Positions 45,054 through 55,100 of a stretch of DNA of 64,000 bases are shown in pieces (within the stretch, counting starts at the first letter, position 1; each line of letters begins with the position of its first letter). Under the pieces are notes generated by a model. That model saw only the letters and a list, made by a program, of their open reading frames with translations. It was not told where the DNA came from and made no database searches. This DNA comes from Clostridia bacterium. GTDB lineage: Bacteria; Bacillota; Clostridia; UMGS1883. The DNA lies in NCBI GenBank assembly GCA_045604905.1, contig JAZUOX010000013.1:5922-69921 (forward strand), in the 5' to 3' direction. A program made the translations under genes and the position numbers.

Positions 45054-46466
45054 TTACTTAAATCTTCTCTTTATCCAGATAAAGAAGCCTATAAGAATTA
45101 TTGCCGCGGGAATTACCCAAAGAATAATAATGTTTATAACATTTTCGTTTTCTGTTGTCATAACCATTGCCTCAGGAGTTATCTTCTTTGCTCTTATATC
45201 GCTTGATACATTAACGCCTGACATATAGCTTACGCTGTTAAGTATAAAGTCACCGTTAAGGAATGATCCGGACTGTACAGTTGACGGCACACATATTGCA
45301 TCAAGAGAACCTGCAACCATCACCATTGAGTTGTTTTTTCCTGTTTTTTGAGATATAGCTGCAAGGCAGACAGGTCCACCAATATCGCCCTCTTCTTTAG
45401 AAGCAGTATAAACCTCTGTCTTTCTGTCAATTGCCTTTTCACTTGTTGTTAAAAGCTCTGTAACATCTGCACCGTTAGTACTTTTTGATGTGATAATTCC
45501 TGAAGAATTTGGCATCACCAGAGGAGCTGATGAAGATGTGAGCTTTGATGTAATAGTATGCTCTCTAAGTTTTGCAATCGGAACCGGAAGTCCGTTAACA
45601 TCAGGCATACTACTTGCCTTATCAAATTCAATTACATATCCTCCGCTGAGTTCAAGTCCCCACTCTTTAAGATATGTGTTAAGATTTGTCAGGTCATTCA
45701 TACCCTCTGAACCTACAAGAACAAATCTACCGCCTCTGTCAAGAAAAGCATCTAGCTTTTCAATTTCTTCTGATGTATAATCCCTAGCCGGATATATGCT
45801 GAATACTATGTTTGCATCCTCGGGGAATTCATCTGTAACGCTGTTGAAAGTTCCGCATACATATCCTTCCTGAGAAAGCATAGGCTCAAGTGCATAAGCT
45901 TCTATAAACTCATTCTGATGTCCCGTATTAAAATATATCTTAGCATCTGAAACAAGCCCTGTAACAGACATTATTGCATTTGTAACGTGCTTTTCCACTT
46001 CGATATACTGTTCGTCACTAAAATAGCTTTGCGTGTAGGATTTGTCTATCGGAACAACCTTATACAAACTGCCACACTCTATAATCACAGAACCTATCTC
46101 GACATTTTCTCCTGTTTTTGTATAATTATTCAGAAATGCAGTATCTACATAAGGATCTACAAACTCAAAAGAAAACTTTTTACTCAGTGCTCGATACTTT
46201 TCAAGATAGCTCTTTATATAGTCAATATACTCATGATCAAGTCCTTCGGGAACGATTGCATATGCCTTTATTTCGGAATCGAGATTTTTCATAACATCTT
46301 TTGTCTGCTGTGAAAATTCATAAATTTTATCCTGCGTAAGGTCAATTTTCATCGGATGTCTTTCGGTGAAAGTTCCGACAAGGATGTTAAGTATTATTAC
46401 ACAGGCAATAACCACCGCTGTTATAACAAGCGATATTGTTCCCATTTTGTATTTGATATTTTTCAT
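45054..46466 (-). CDS. GldG-like ABC-transporter auxiliary protein (ABC_transp_aux family)
   Basis: 470 aa with N- and C-terminal TM anchors (ISLVITAVVIACVIILNIL; IIILWVIPAAIILIGFFIWI) around a large extracytoplasmic domain. GAGGAGGAGG RBS. It follows the ABC-2 permease. Confidence 0.7.
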   Translation of the reverse strand: MKNIKYKMGTISLVITAVVIACVIILNILVGTFTERHPMKIDLTQDKIYEFSQQTKDVMKNLDSEIKAYAIVPEGLDHEYIDYIKSYLEKYRALSKKFSFEFVDPYVDTAFLNNYTKTGENVEIGSVIIECGSLYKVVPIDKSYTQSYFSDEQYIEVEKHVTNAIMSVTGLVSDAKIYFNTGHQNEFIEAYALEPMLSQEGYVCGTFNSVTDEFPEDANIVFSIYPARDYTSEEIEKLDAFLDRGGRFVLVGSEGMNDLTNLNTYLKEWGLELSGGYVIEFDKASSMPDVNGLPVPIAKLREHTITSKLTSSSAPLVMPNSSGIITSKSTNGADVTELLTTSEKAIDRKTEVYTASKEEGDIGGPVCLAAISQKTGKNNSMVMVAGSLDAICVPSTVQSGSFLNGDFILNSVSYMSGVNVSSDIRAKKITPEAMVMTTENENVINIIILWVIPAAIILIGFFIWIKRRFK

Positions 46467-46480
46467 TGTTCCTCCTCCTC

Positions 46481-47185
46481 TCAGCTGTATCTTCTCTTAT
46501 CGATAACTCTTACCGTAAGGAAAAGAAATACGAAAATGAAACTCAGATAATATATAATGCCTTCTATATTAAGGATACCGTTCTGAAATTCTCCATATCT
46601 TGACATAAGCGAAAACCAGCCGACAATTTTCCTCAAAATTTCATTTTCTATGCTTGTTTCAATTATCTGAACGAATGAAATTGCAACAAGTGATAAAAAT
46701 GTGAAAACTGCTGCAATAACCTGACTTTCAGTAAGAGACGATATAAATGCACCGACAGAAACAAACGAACCCCATAAAAGAATAAATCCGATATATGACC
46801 CGATTATTTCACTGATAGCAGGATCGGCATACATACACATAATCACAGGATACATAAGGGATACTACTACCGATACTCCAAGCACAGTCATTGCCGCAAG
46901 ATATTTACCGAGCACCATTTCAGTTACACTGATAGGTGCCGTAAGAAGAAGCTGGTCTGTACGCTTATTCTTTTCTTCCGCAAACATTCTCATGGTAAGA
47001 AGTGCTGCAAGAAAAAGATATATCCAATTGATATTTGAAAAAACGACACTGATATCAGCACGCTTTGCCATCATAACACCCGTGCTGAACGCTATTGAAG
47101 AAAGAAAGGTTATTACGCCTACAAATATGTAGCCTATCGGTGAAACAAAGTAGCTTTTTAATTCTTTTTTCCAGATTGCAAACAT
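46481..47185 (-). CDS. ABC-2 type transporter permease (GldF-like)
   Basis: 234 aa, 6 TM. The N-terminus MFAIWKKELKSYFVSPIGYIF is typical of ABC-2 permeases. 1-nt stop/start overlap with the ATPase gene. Confidence 0.8.
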   Translation of the reverse strand: MFAIWKKELKSYFVSPIGYIFVGVITFLSSIAFSTGVMMAKRADISVVFSNINWIYLFLAALLTMRMFAEEKNKRTDQLLLTAPISVTEMVLGKYLAAMTVLGVSVVVSLMYPVIMCMYADPAISEIIGSYIGFILLWGSFVSVGAFISSLTESQVIAAVFTFLSLVAISFVQIIETSIENEILRKIVGWFSLMSRYGEFQNGILNIEGIIYYLSFIFVFLFLTVRVIDKRRYS

Positions 47186-48156
47186 TATTTGGCCTCCTTT
47201 TCTTCAGCAAGCTTTTCTGCAGTAAGTCTTATGAACATCTCCTCAAGAGATGGCGTTGCACTGCGAAGAGAAGCTATGGTGATGTTATTTGCTGCCAATA
47301 CTTTTGTCATATCTTCTCTTATATCAGTACCGGGAAGTTGTTCTACAATAAATTCTGCACTGCCACGCTTAGCATCTGTCGTCTCAACACTAACAACAGA
47401 CTGTATGGAATTAAGTGCATACAGGGCTTCCTGAGCATTTCCCAGAACATTGAGAATGAATTTATTCTCTCCACCGATTTCACGGGTAAGTCCTTCAAGA
47501 GTATTCTGAGCAACAATTTTTCCGTATGAAATAATTGTAACACTGTCGCATACAGCCTCTACTTCCTGAAGGATATGTGTGCTCAATATAACAGTGCGTT
47601 TCTTACCGAGTTCTTTTATAACATTACGGATATCTATAATCTGTTTGGGGTCAAGACCGACTGTCGGTTCGTCAAGAATAAGCACCTCGGGATTCCCTAT
47701 AAGCGCCTGAGCAAGACCTACTCTCTGTTTATAACCTTTGGAAAGGTTACGAATCATTCTTGAACGGATATGTGATATTTTTACAAGTGCTGTTATTTCA
47801 TCAAGATGCGTTTTTTTGTCAAGTTTTACCTTTTTCAGTTCATATACAAAGTCAAGATATTCGTCAACTGTCATATCAAAATAAAGCGGAGGTTGCTCCG
47901 GAAGATATCCAATTTTGCTTTTAACAAGCTTCGGATGTTCAAGAACATCGTACCCGCACACAGATGCACTACCGGAGTTTGCACTGATGCATCCGCATAT
48001 AATATTCATTGTTGTACTTTTACCCGCACCGTTAGGTCCGAGAAATCCCATAATCTCACCTTTTTTCACTGAAAATGAGATATCATTCAGGGCCTTGTTT
48101 TTTCCGTACATCTTTGTAAGATTTTTAATTTCTACAGCATTGATGTTCTCAGCCAT
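47185..48156 (-). CDS. ABC transporter ATP-binding protein (GldA-like, with C-terminal extension)
   Basis: 323 aa. GPNGAGKST (Walker A), LSKGYKQRVGLAQAL (signature) and LILDEPTVGLD (Walker B). Confidence 0.88.
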   Translation of the reverse strand: MAENINAVEIKNLTKMYGKNKALNDISFSVKKGEIMGFLGPNGAGKSTTMNIICGCISANSGSASVCGYDVLEHPKLVKSKIGYLPEQPPLYFDMTVDEYLDFVYELKKVKLDKKTHLDEITALVKISHIRSRMIRNLSKGYKQRVGLAQALIGNPEVLILDEPTVGLDPKQIIDIRNVIKELGKKRTVILSTHILQEVEAVCDSVTIISYGKIVAQNTLEGLTREIGGENKFILNVLGNAQEALYALNSIQSVVSVETTDAKRGSAEFIVEQLPGTDIREDMTKVLAANNITIASLRSATPSLEEMFIRLTAEKLAEEKEAK

Positions 48157-48323
48157 AAAATTACCTTCCCTTCTGTATGCCTTTTTCTATTATACACCTT
48201 TTGATTTTTTATACAAATAAACAAATTGTAAATTTTAAAACATACAATATATAATTTACACCAAAACAGCGATATAGTCAAGAAAACTCAGTGCATTTTT
48301 TTCGATTTCTTTCAAAAAAATTA

Positions 48324-48352
48324 TTGACAACCGCCTCTTTTCGTATTATAAT
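48324..48352 (+). promoter_or_regulatory. consensus sigma-A promoter of the tRNA gene: TTGACA, 17 nt, TATAAT
   Basis: -35 at 48324-48329, -10 at 48347-48352, with a 17-nt spacer. The tRNA starts 18 nt downstream of the -10. Confidence 0.7.
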
Positions 48353-48369
48353 AAGCGAGTAATTTAATT

Positions 48370-48445
48370 GGCCCCATAGTCTAGCGGCCTAGGACGTCGC
48401 CCTCTCACGGCGAAGACCGGGGTTCGATTCCCCGTGGGGTCACCA
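48370..48445 (+). tRNA. tRNA-Glu (anticodon CUC), CCA encoded
   Basis: Cloverleaf: acceptor GGCCCCA/TGGGGTC (one G-U pair), anticodon stem TCGCC/GGCGA with loop CUCUCAC, T-arm CGGGG-TTCGATT-CCCCG, and a 3' ACCA. Its layout parallels E. coli tRNA-Glu. Confidence 0.9.
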
Positions 48446-48450
48446 AATAG

Positions 48451-48486
48451 AACGAATTACACCTTTAGGTGTGGTTCGTTTTTTTA
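48451..48486 (+). terminator. intrinsic terminator after tRNA-Glu
   Basis: AACGAATTACACC (48451-48463) pairs with GGTGTGGTTCGTT (48468-48480) around a TTTA loop, followed by T6. Confidence 0.8.
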
Positions 48487-48984
48487 TTGTCTGTCTTCGG
48501 GGAATCTACCTGTGTGGGAAACTCGCGTTAAAAAGCTGAAGGAGTAAGCTGACACGGTCGCTTACTCCTTTAGTAATGTACCTTTTGTTTTTAAACTTCA
48601 TACTATACCCCCTCTCGTTTTTTATGTTCCGGTTAATCCGGAATATACCTATGTAGTATATTATGGATATAATATATAATTGAAAATTTTAATTATACGT
48701 TTGAATATTAGCTGTAAAAAAAGGAGAAGGACGCTACAGAATAAACTGTAACGCCCAACTATGTATATAAACTCATGGCATAAGCTTATACCTTAATAAA
48801 ATTATAGCAACAACTCCGATTTTGCAAAAAAACTTATGGCAAGTTTGATTATATAGAGGAAAACCGGAGTTGTTGTGCAAAAGCCTCTTGCGAAGCTAAT
48901 TGCCTAAGTTATCTTTTAGAAAGAACTTCATTAAGACTTTCTTTTTAACATAAAATCACAAATAAACAGAGTGCTGTGCATATT

Positions 48985-51084
48985 TTATATGTCTATTGCC
49001 TTTCGGGTATTGTAGAGCTCTGTATTTATAACATAATCAAGTTGACGGATTTTCCACCTGAGGTGTTCTTCATCTGCCATATATTCCATACTCGGTTCCC
49101 ACCCGAGCCGTGAATCCTTTTGCGCAAATGTAATGGCTTTTTCTGCATTTTCACGTTCTTTTTTCAAAAGGATTTCCATAGCATCAACAACCTTTACAAG
49201 TTTTTCACGGCTGTTTTCATAATTAAGCGCAGCCTTGAGAGTATACCATTCCTTTGCATTTATTCCTGTTGTGATTGCACATAACATATACTCTCCCATA
49301 TTAAGAATACGCTCTATATTTTCATTTTTATTTTCGATACCACGCATAATTTGCAAACCCTGTTCAAACGAAGTCTTCATTTTTTTCAGCGATGCCTTTT
49401 CTTCCTCAAGTCTCAGAGAATAGAAGCTTTCGCTGCGTTCTGCATTATATTTTGGTACGGGCATAACAATACGACTTCCGAACATCGCATAACTTTTGGG
49501 AATAAGGTTTGCTTCTTTATACAGACAAAACGGGAATGCTGCCCCCACCCGGAAAGCACCATACTGATCCACATCTGTTGGGGTAAAATATGTAATTGCT
49601 TCGCTCCATTTTTCAAAAGCCCTACACATTTTTTTATAGTTGTCTTTACCATACTCGCCTTCTGCAAGCATTTCAAAGATTTTTTCAGGTTCTGTTTCAT
49701 CATCACTGAACACCCAATTTGATAGCTTACCAATTATGGACGGATAGAAACCGTAATGATGCGACTCCATAAGTCCTGCCAGGCCCCATTTATTTTGGGC
49801 TTCTTTTATCGCTTTATATCTCTTAATCCATTGGTAAGGGTACGGTTGAAAAGGTATTACCCCCATATCCCATGTTGCACCGCCGGTGTTTGCCATTGAG
49901 TACAGTCTGATTCCTCTTTTTTTGGCCGCTTCGGCTTCGGTTTTAAAATAAAATTCTCCATACTTTGCTCTTGAAATCGTGTAATCAGCGCGTATCATTC
50001 CTGTATCTTCAAGTTGATCAACCTCAAACATTTCAAAAGTTGCCTGAAGAGTAATATCAGTAGGAAGCGATTCAATCAGTTTTATTCTGTCTTCTTCAGG
50101 CTGATATCCCCAATTATATGTCCAGAACACAATATCTGCATCCGGGTTATGCTTTCTTACCACTTTTTTTATTAAATTTAACCATTCAGGATAATCGCAG
50201 CAAGGATACCATCCGGGGCTTGTTTTTCCCGTCGAGATACCATCTATAACATTATCATAGTGATGATGTCCTGATACATGAAAGTCTTTACTTGGAAATT
50301 CCACGGATTCTCCGACCAAAGTTACACCTTTTAATTTGGGACACTCTTTGAATAATCTTCCATAGGTTGCTTCATAATGTGCTTCCGCATCCGGGTCGTC
50401 AGGATGTTTATCACTCTTAAGATAACTGTAAGCATACACATCTATGCCGTATTTTGATGCTCTGTAAATAAGTTCATTGAAGTCCAGGTATCCATAGGGT
50501 GTAATATTTACATCTTTAACAAAAACCAGAATAGCATCTCTGCCCTGATGTGCTATTGCATTAAGATGCTCATCGGGATACTCATCAAGTCCGTAACCGG
50601 AATGAACCATCTGAGGAGAAAAAGCAGGTTTTCTCAAAATTCTTCTCTTTTTCAGGAACGGGGCATGCCTTATTGACATTAAATCCTCAAGATGATAAAG
50701 TGCCTGGGCGCATCCGCGCTCGTCGTAGCCATAAATCATAATAGCATCATCTTTAACATCAATTCTGTATCCTCGATAGCCTTCAGCATCTTCAAGGTCT
50801 ATTTCGTTTTCGTATGCAAGAGAAATAACAACAGAATTTGCCACTCCATCATATTCTCTCTTCAAAAGCATAGAAGGAATATTCATTGAAGTAAAAAGAT
50901 AATCAGAAAAATCCTTTGCAGCAGTCAGAACCACTTCTCCTGAGTTTTCCGGAAAATATATCCTGAATTCATCACAGATTTGAAATTCATCATATTGCTT
51001 TATCAAAGTTTTGTCCCAAATGTCTTTTTGATGGACATCCAGCATTCGTTTCCTGAACTCATAATTTTTCTCAAGTTTCAGCAT
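48985..51084 (-). CDS. uncharacterised cytoplasmic protein, putative glycoside hydrolase (GH20b/GH67-N-like domain plus TIM-barrel-like core)
   Basis: About 700 aa with no signal peptide. GYRGYRIDVKDDAIMIYGYDERGCAQALYHLEDLM resembles the N-terminal alpha/beta domain of GH20/GH67/GH115-type enzymes. Alternating beta-alpha segments follow (DAILVFV, GIDVYAY, VTLVGES, IVFWTYNW). The start is ATG 51084 (AAGGA upstream) or TTG 51105. Confidence 0.55.
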   Translation of the reverse strand: MLKLEKNYEFRKRMLDVHQKDIWDKTLIKQYDEFQICDEFRIYFPENSGEVVLTAAKDFSDYLFTSMNIPSMLLKREYDGVANSVVISLAYENEIDLEDAEGYRGYRIDVKDDAIMIYGYDERGCAQALYHLEDLMSIRHAPFLKKRRILRKPAFSPQMVHSGYGLDEYPDEHLNAIAHQGRDAILVFVKDVNITPYGYLDFNELIYRASKYGIDVYAYSYLKSDKHPDDPDAEAHYEATYGRLFKECPKLKGVTLVGESVEFPSKDFHVSGHHHYDNVIDGISTGKTSPGWYPCCDYPEWLNLIKKVVRKHNPDADIVFWTYNWGYQPEEDRIKLIESLPTDITLQATFEMFEVDQLEDTGMIRADYTISRAKYGEFYFKTEAEAAKKRGIRLYSMANTGGATWDMGVIPFQPYPYQWIKRYKAIKEAQNKWGLAGLMESHHYGFYPSIIGKLSNWVFSDDETEPEKIFEMLAEGEYGKDNYKKMCRAFEKWSEAITYFTPTDVDQYGAFRVGAAFPFCLYKEANLIPKSYAMFGSRIVMPVPKYNAERSESFYSLRLEEEKASLKKMKTSFEQGLQIMRGIENKNENIERILNMGEYMLCAITTGINAKEWYTLKAALNYENSREKLVKVVDAMEILLKKERENAEKAITFAQKDSRLGWEPSMEYMADEEHLRWKIRQLDYVINTELYNTRKAIDI

Positions 51085-51106
51085 ATATTCTATCCTTTCG
51101 TTCAAT

Positions 51107-51820
51107 TTATCCCATTTTCATCTGTGATAAATACTGAAACAATCTGTCAGGAAAGTTTACGGTCATACCGTCAACTTTAAAATCACACATATTTTTCATA
51201 AGTTGCACATTAAGTACACCCCATGCCCTTACACCAAGTCCGGCACTTCGCCATTCATTCATAAGTTCAGAGGTAACATTTTCAGCCTGCGGGCATATTT
51301 CTTCCCCACCAATGGAAAGAAGTTTTTCAGTTGCACTTTCCTCTGTTGTAAAAATAAGCCAACCTACCCTTGCACTCTTGTCAAGCTCCTTGATTTTCTT
51401 GATATAATCAAACTGAAAGCTTGTAAAAACGGTCTTTTCCATAAGATTGAACTCTTTTATCATTGCAAGCGTATCTTCTTCTATGCCTTCACCTTTCAAT
51501 TCAATGGCAAAAGTAATGTCATAGCAGGAAAACTTTTCAAGGAACTCTCGAAGGGTTACTACACGGTCGTGAAATCCGGTAGTATTATTTCCGAACACCT
51601 TCAGTTTCTTTAATTCTTCAAGGGTAAAATCAGAAAGCTTTCCACTACCATCTGTAACTCTGTCAACAGTATCATCGTGAAACAATACCAAAACGCCATC
51701 TTTAGTTCTTCGTACATCTGTTTCAATACCGTTTGCCCCTTGCATTAAGCCAAGATAAAAAGATGATAAAGTATTTTCAGGTGCATATTCACTGGCACCT
51801 CTGTGTGCATAATCTATCAT
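51107..51820 (-). CDS. glycerophosphodiester phosphodiesterase (GDPD family)
   Basis: 237 aa. HRGASEYAPENT, ETDVRRTKDGVLVLFHDDTVDR and the rest are canonical GDPD. AAGGAGG RBS. Confidence 0.88.
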   Translation of the reverse strand: MIDYAHRGASEYAPENTLSSFYLGLMQGANGIETDVRRTKDGVLVLFHDDTVDRVTDGSGKLSDFTLEELKKLKVFGNNTTGFHDRVVTLREFLEKFSCYDITFAIELKGEGIEEDTLAMIKEFNLMEKTVFTSFQFDYIKKIKELDKSARVGWLIFTTEESATEKLLSIGGEEICPQAENVTSELMNEWRSAGLGVRAWGVLNVQLMKNMCDFKVDGMTVNFPDRLFQYLSQMKMG

Positions 51821-51878
51821 TAAAACAACCTCCTTATATGATCTATAAAGCTATTTTATTTGAATTAAAGAAAACACC

Positions 51879-52190
51879 TCAATCCAAATGAAATACATTC
51901 TTTAAATCGATACTTACGGGGCTGTTATCTGGATTTGTTTCCATAATATCAGCCATATAATCCCACCATTTTCTGCAAATTTCAGTATCAGCACTCTTTG
52001 ACCACTTTTCTTCACTTTCAATTTCTATGTATCCAAAAAGAGTTAAAGTTTCCTTGTCAAGAAAAATAGTGTAGTTTTTTCCGCCGTATTCATGAATCAT
52101 ATCTTTCATTTCGGGCCAGAGAAGATTATGACGCTTTTCATACTCCGCTTCTTGTCCGGGGAAAAGTTTCATTTTAAATCCTTTAATCAT
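51879..52190 (-). CDS. rhaM: L-rhamnose mutarotase
   Basis: 103 aa. KLFPGQEAEYEKRHNLLWPEM ... YTIFLDKETLTLFGYIE ... WWDYMADIM matches the RhaM family. It overlaps the upstream gene by 8 nt. Confidence 0.85.
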   Translation of the reverse strand: MIKGFKMKLFPGQEAEYEKRHNLLWPEMKDMIHEYGGKNYTIFLDKETLTLFGYIEIESEEKWSKSADTEICRKWWDYMADIMETNPDNSPVSIDLKNVFHLD

Positions 52191-55100
52191 TGTATCTCAC
52201 CTCAACACATCCCATTTCCTGCGCATCAACCGTTAAATAAAGTTCTGCATATCCATCTTTTATCTCAACCTTAAGCTCTTTTTCGTTCCACGCATCATAA
52301 TATGTTGCACCATCAATATGCTTAACCTTAAGAATTTTACCGCGGTATGTAGAATAAGCACGGTTATATATTGTATAAATTGTTCTGCCATCACCGGGGA
52401 ATCGGTTTGCGCAGATTGCAGGAGATAATGTATCAACAAATCCCTCAGGCGTATCAGATGCAAAGCAGTCTGCATACTTTTTCTTTAATTTGAACGAATC
52501 GATATTGAACTTCTGTCCAACGGATTCTTCACAATCCCACATTGAGTCATACACTGCATCACCGTTAAAGAATATAAACTTCTGCGGATGCCAGCTTAAG
52601 TGACGCATACCTGACGGAAGTGCAAGCTGTACTATTTTCGGGAATGCAAATTTATACATATTGGGATAGATTCTGCTGAGTCTGTCGTCACCGTCTCCGC
52701 CCTTCCACGAAAATTCAATCATATCAATTACATTATCCGTAAGGTAGTAAGAAATGTTACAGTCTATATATTTTGCATAAATATCTACTGCGGCATATTC
52801 TCCGTACAAAACAACTTCTTCAGGCATTTCGTGTTTAAGCTCTGTAATGAAGTCGTAGTCGGTTTTCAAAAGATTTGACGGAATTGAATGTCCGTGATTA
52901 TCTGCATAACAACGGTTTTCACAGCGAAGGCTGAATTCATCTATATACATAAGCGGAATTCCGAGTTCCTTATATACTCTGGGATAAACACTTATTGCAT
53001 ACTTTCTCCAGTCCTCGCTGGCATGGCACATACGGTAAGCATACGGTCCGCACTTGATGGTGTCACCGATATCATTTATCGCCTTGTGGTCCTTTAAGAA
53101 GTGTGTAAGATTCTCGTAGGTATCCGAAAGAAGTGTCGGATGGAAATAAAGAGATATGTTAATACCCTTTTCGTCCTGAATCTTATGAAGTGCATCTCTC
53201 AATCTATCCTTACCACCGTAAGGCTCATAATCTTCTTCTCCCCATTTACCCCAATGATTATAGAGTTTTCCATTTAAAATTTTATGTGCCCACGATGCCC
53301 ACAGATGAAGAATGTCAGGGTAACATCCAGAAATTTTCTTTTGCTCTTCCAATGCTTTTTCAAATCTGAGTTCTCCCGTCTCCGGATCATTCCAGTAAGG
53401 AAGCTGTCTGATAGGTTTTTCCTCAACTATAAAATCACAGTATTCCGTAAACAACCAGAAGCATCTCCTGTACCAGTCCTTATTCTGACAGTTATAAGGT
53501 TCATACCAAGAATCGAGCCAGTTTTTATAAATCTCGAATGATTTTCTCCAGTCTCCCTCGTGTGCAGTCAGAACAGTAGGTGAGCCTGTAAATTCTTCTC
53601 CTGCCTTGATTTCTCCGTACATTTCGGGGTATTCAACATAGAACTCCATACCGCGTTCATTTTTCTCGAAGCCGTATTTCCTTGTTATTACATTTCTTTC
53701 CTCTGTTGTAAGGCTGAGACCACCCTGTGCTTTGGGACTGAAAACATCCATAAACTGCATCGGGAAGTTAGGTGATGATTCCTCATAAATGAATACAGTT
53801 TCATTGCTCAGAATATTCTGATACTTCGGCACAAAATACCAGTTATCCTCCCAAGAAGAATGGTTCATTCCTGTAATACACGGAAAAACAATACCGCATT
53901 TTATGCTTGTTTCTCCCTGATTTTCTGCCTTTAAGCACCACTTTACATCGTTATTCTCACCAAGAGAAGCAACTATATTTATGTGAAGCCCTCCACCCAA
54001 GAAGAGAAGCTCTGCTGTACTACCGTCAGTACTTGCTGATAAAAGTTCAAAATCACAGTTGTAATCGTTACCGTATCTGAGTTTGAGCATATCACTTTCT
54101 ACAACTGTAAACTCCTTAATGAATTCATTTTTCATTTTAAGAAGCTTCATACCTCTTGAAATATCAATTTCCATCGCAAGAGCGCAGTTTTTAACTGAAA
54201 GAATATTTCCGTTTATCTCTATTTCCTTTTCGTTTCCGATAATATGCTTTATTTTTTCCTCTTTTTCGGGTATAAGCATTTCATGACGAAGTCTCTCCTC
54301 TGTTTCATTAAGAGTAAGAGCCATAAGCGATATATCCGTATCAAGCAGGCGGTTATGGAAAATAATCTTTTCAATTTTATTTCCGTTTGCAGGAATTCCG
54401 TAAACACTGACATCGCCTGATACACCATGTCTTCCGAGAGAAAGATTAAGCGGAAGGTGTGTATCTCTTTCTCCGTTTTCGTAAATAACCTCTGTAATAA
54501 AGCCTACAGTGTCTTCTACAAGAAGAGGCATATACACTTCACCTGTTATTGTACCGAGAACTGTTCCGTCCTGCGCAAAGCCCCATCTCTGATGGCGTTT
54601 TCCCGATAAAGACATAATGAAGTATATTTCTTTTGCATTTGTAGAAACGGGAATTTCAACCACACTGTCACGGCTTATGGGTCTGCAGAGTTTTCTTACT
54701 ACGGGGACTCCAAAGTTATCAATTACATCATCGTTTTCTTTTGGTGCGGGAGGCGGTACAATCATATTGTTTCCTGTTGTTTTTATGCTGAAAGGTATTT
54801 CATAAAGAGAAACATTCTCTTCTTCAAAGAATCTTCCGCCATCTACTATACTGTCGGTTTCTGTATATGTAAATTCTCCGTTGTAATACAAAGATAAATC
54901 TACCGTTTTAAAATCTTTTGAACTTTCTGTCTTGCCTTTACTGCAGGCAAAAGGAAGTTCACCCAAAGCACATGTATACATTTCTTTTATCGTGAGGTGT
55001 GCTTCTTTTCTTCTGTCTATTGAATATTCTATTTTTATACCCTTATAATTTTTGCCCTCTGTCTTAACTGCAACCATATGCTCACGGTTATCTAAAATAA

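Noticed and set aside
48491-48510. An inverted fragment of the tRNA-Glu T-arm, which could be an att site of an integrated element.
   Set aside because: Only 9 contiguous nt match. There is no integrase, recombinase or second repeat within the window, so this could be chance. It is mentioned only as context under the tRNA-flank finding.
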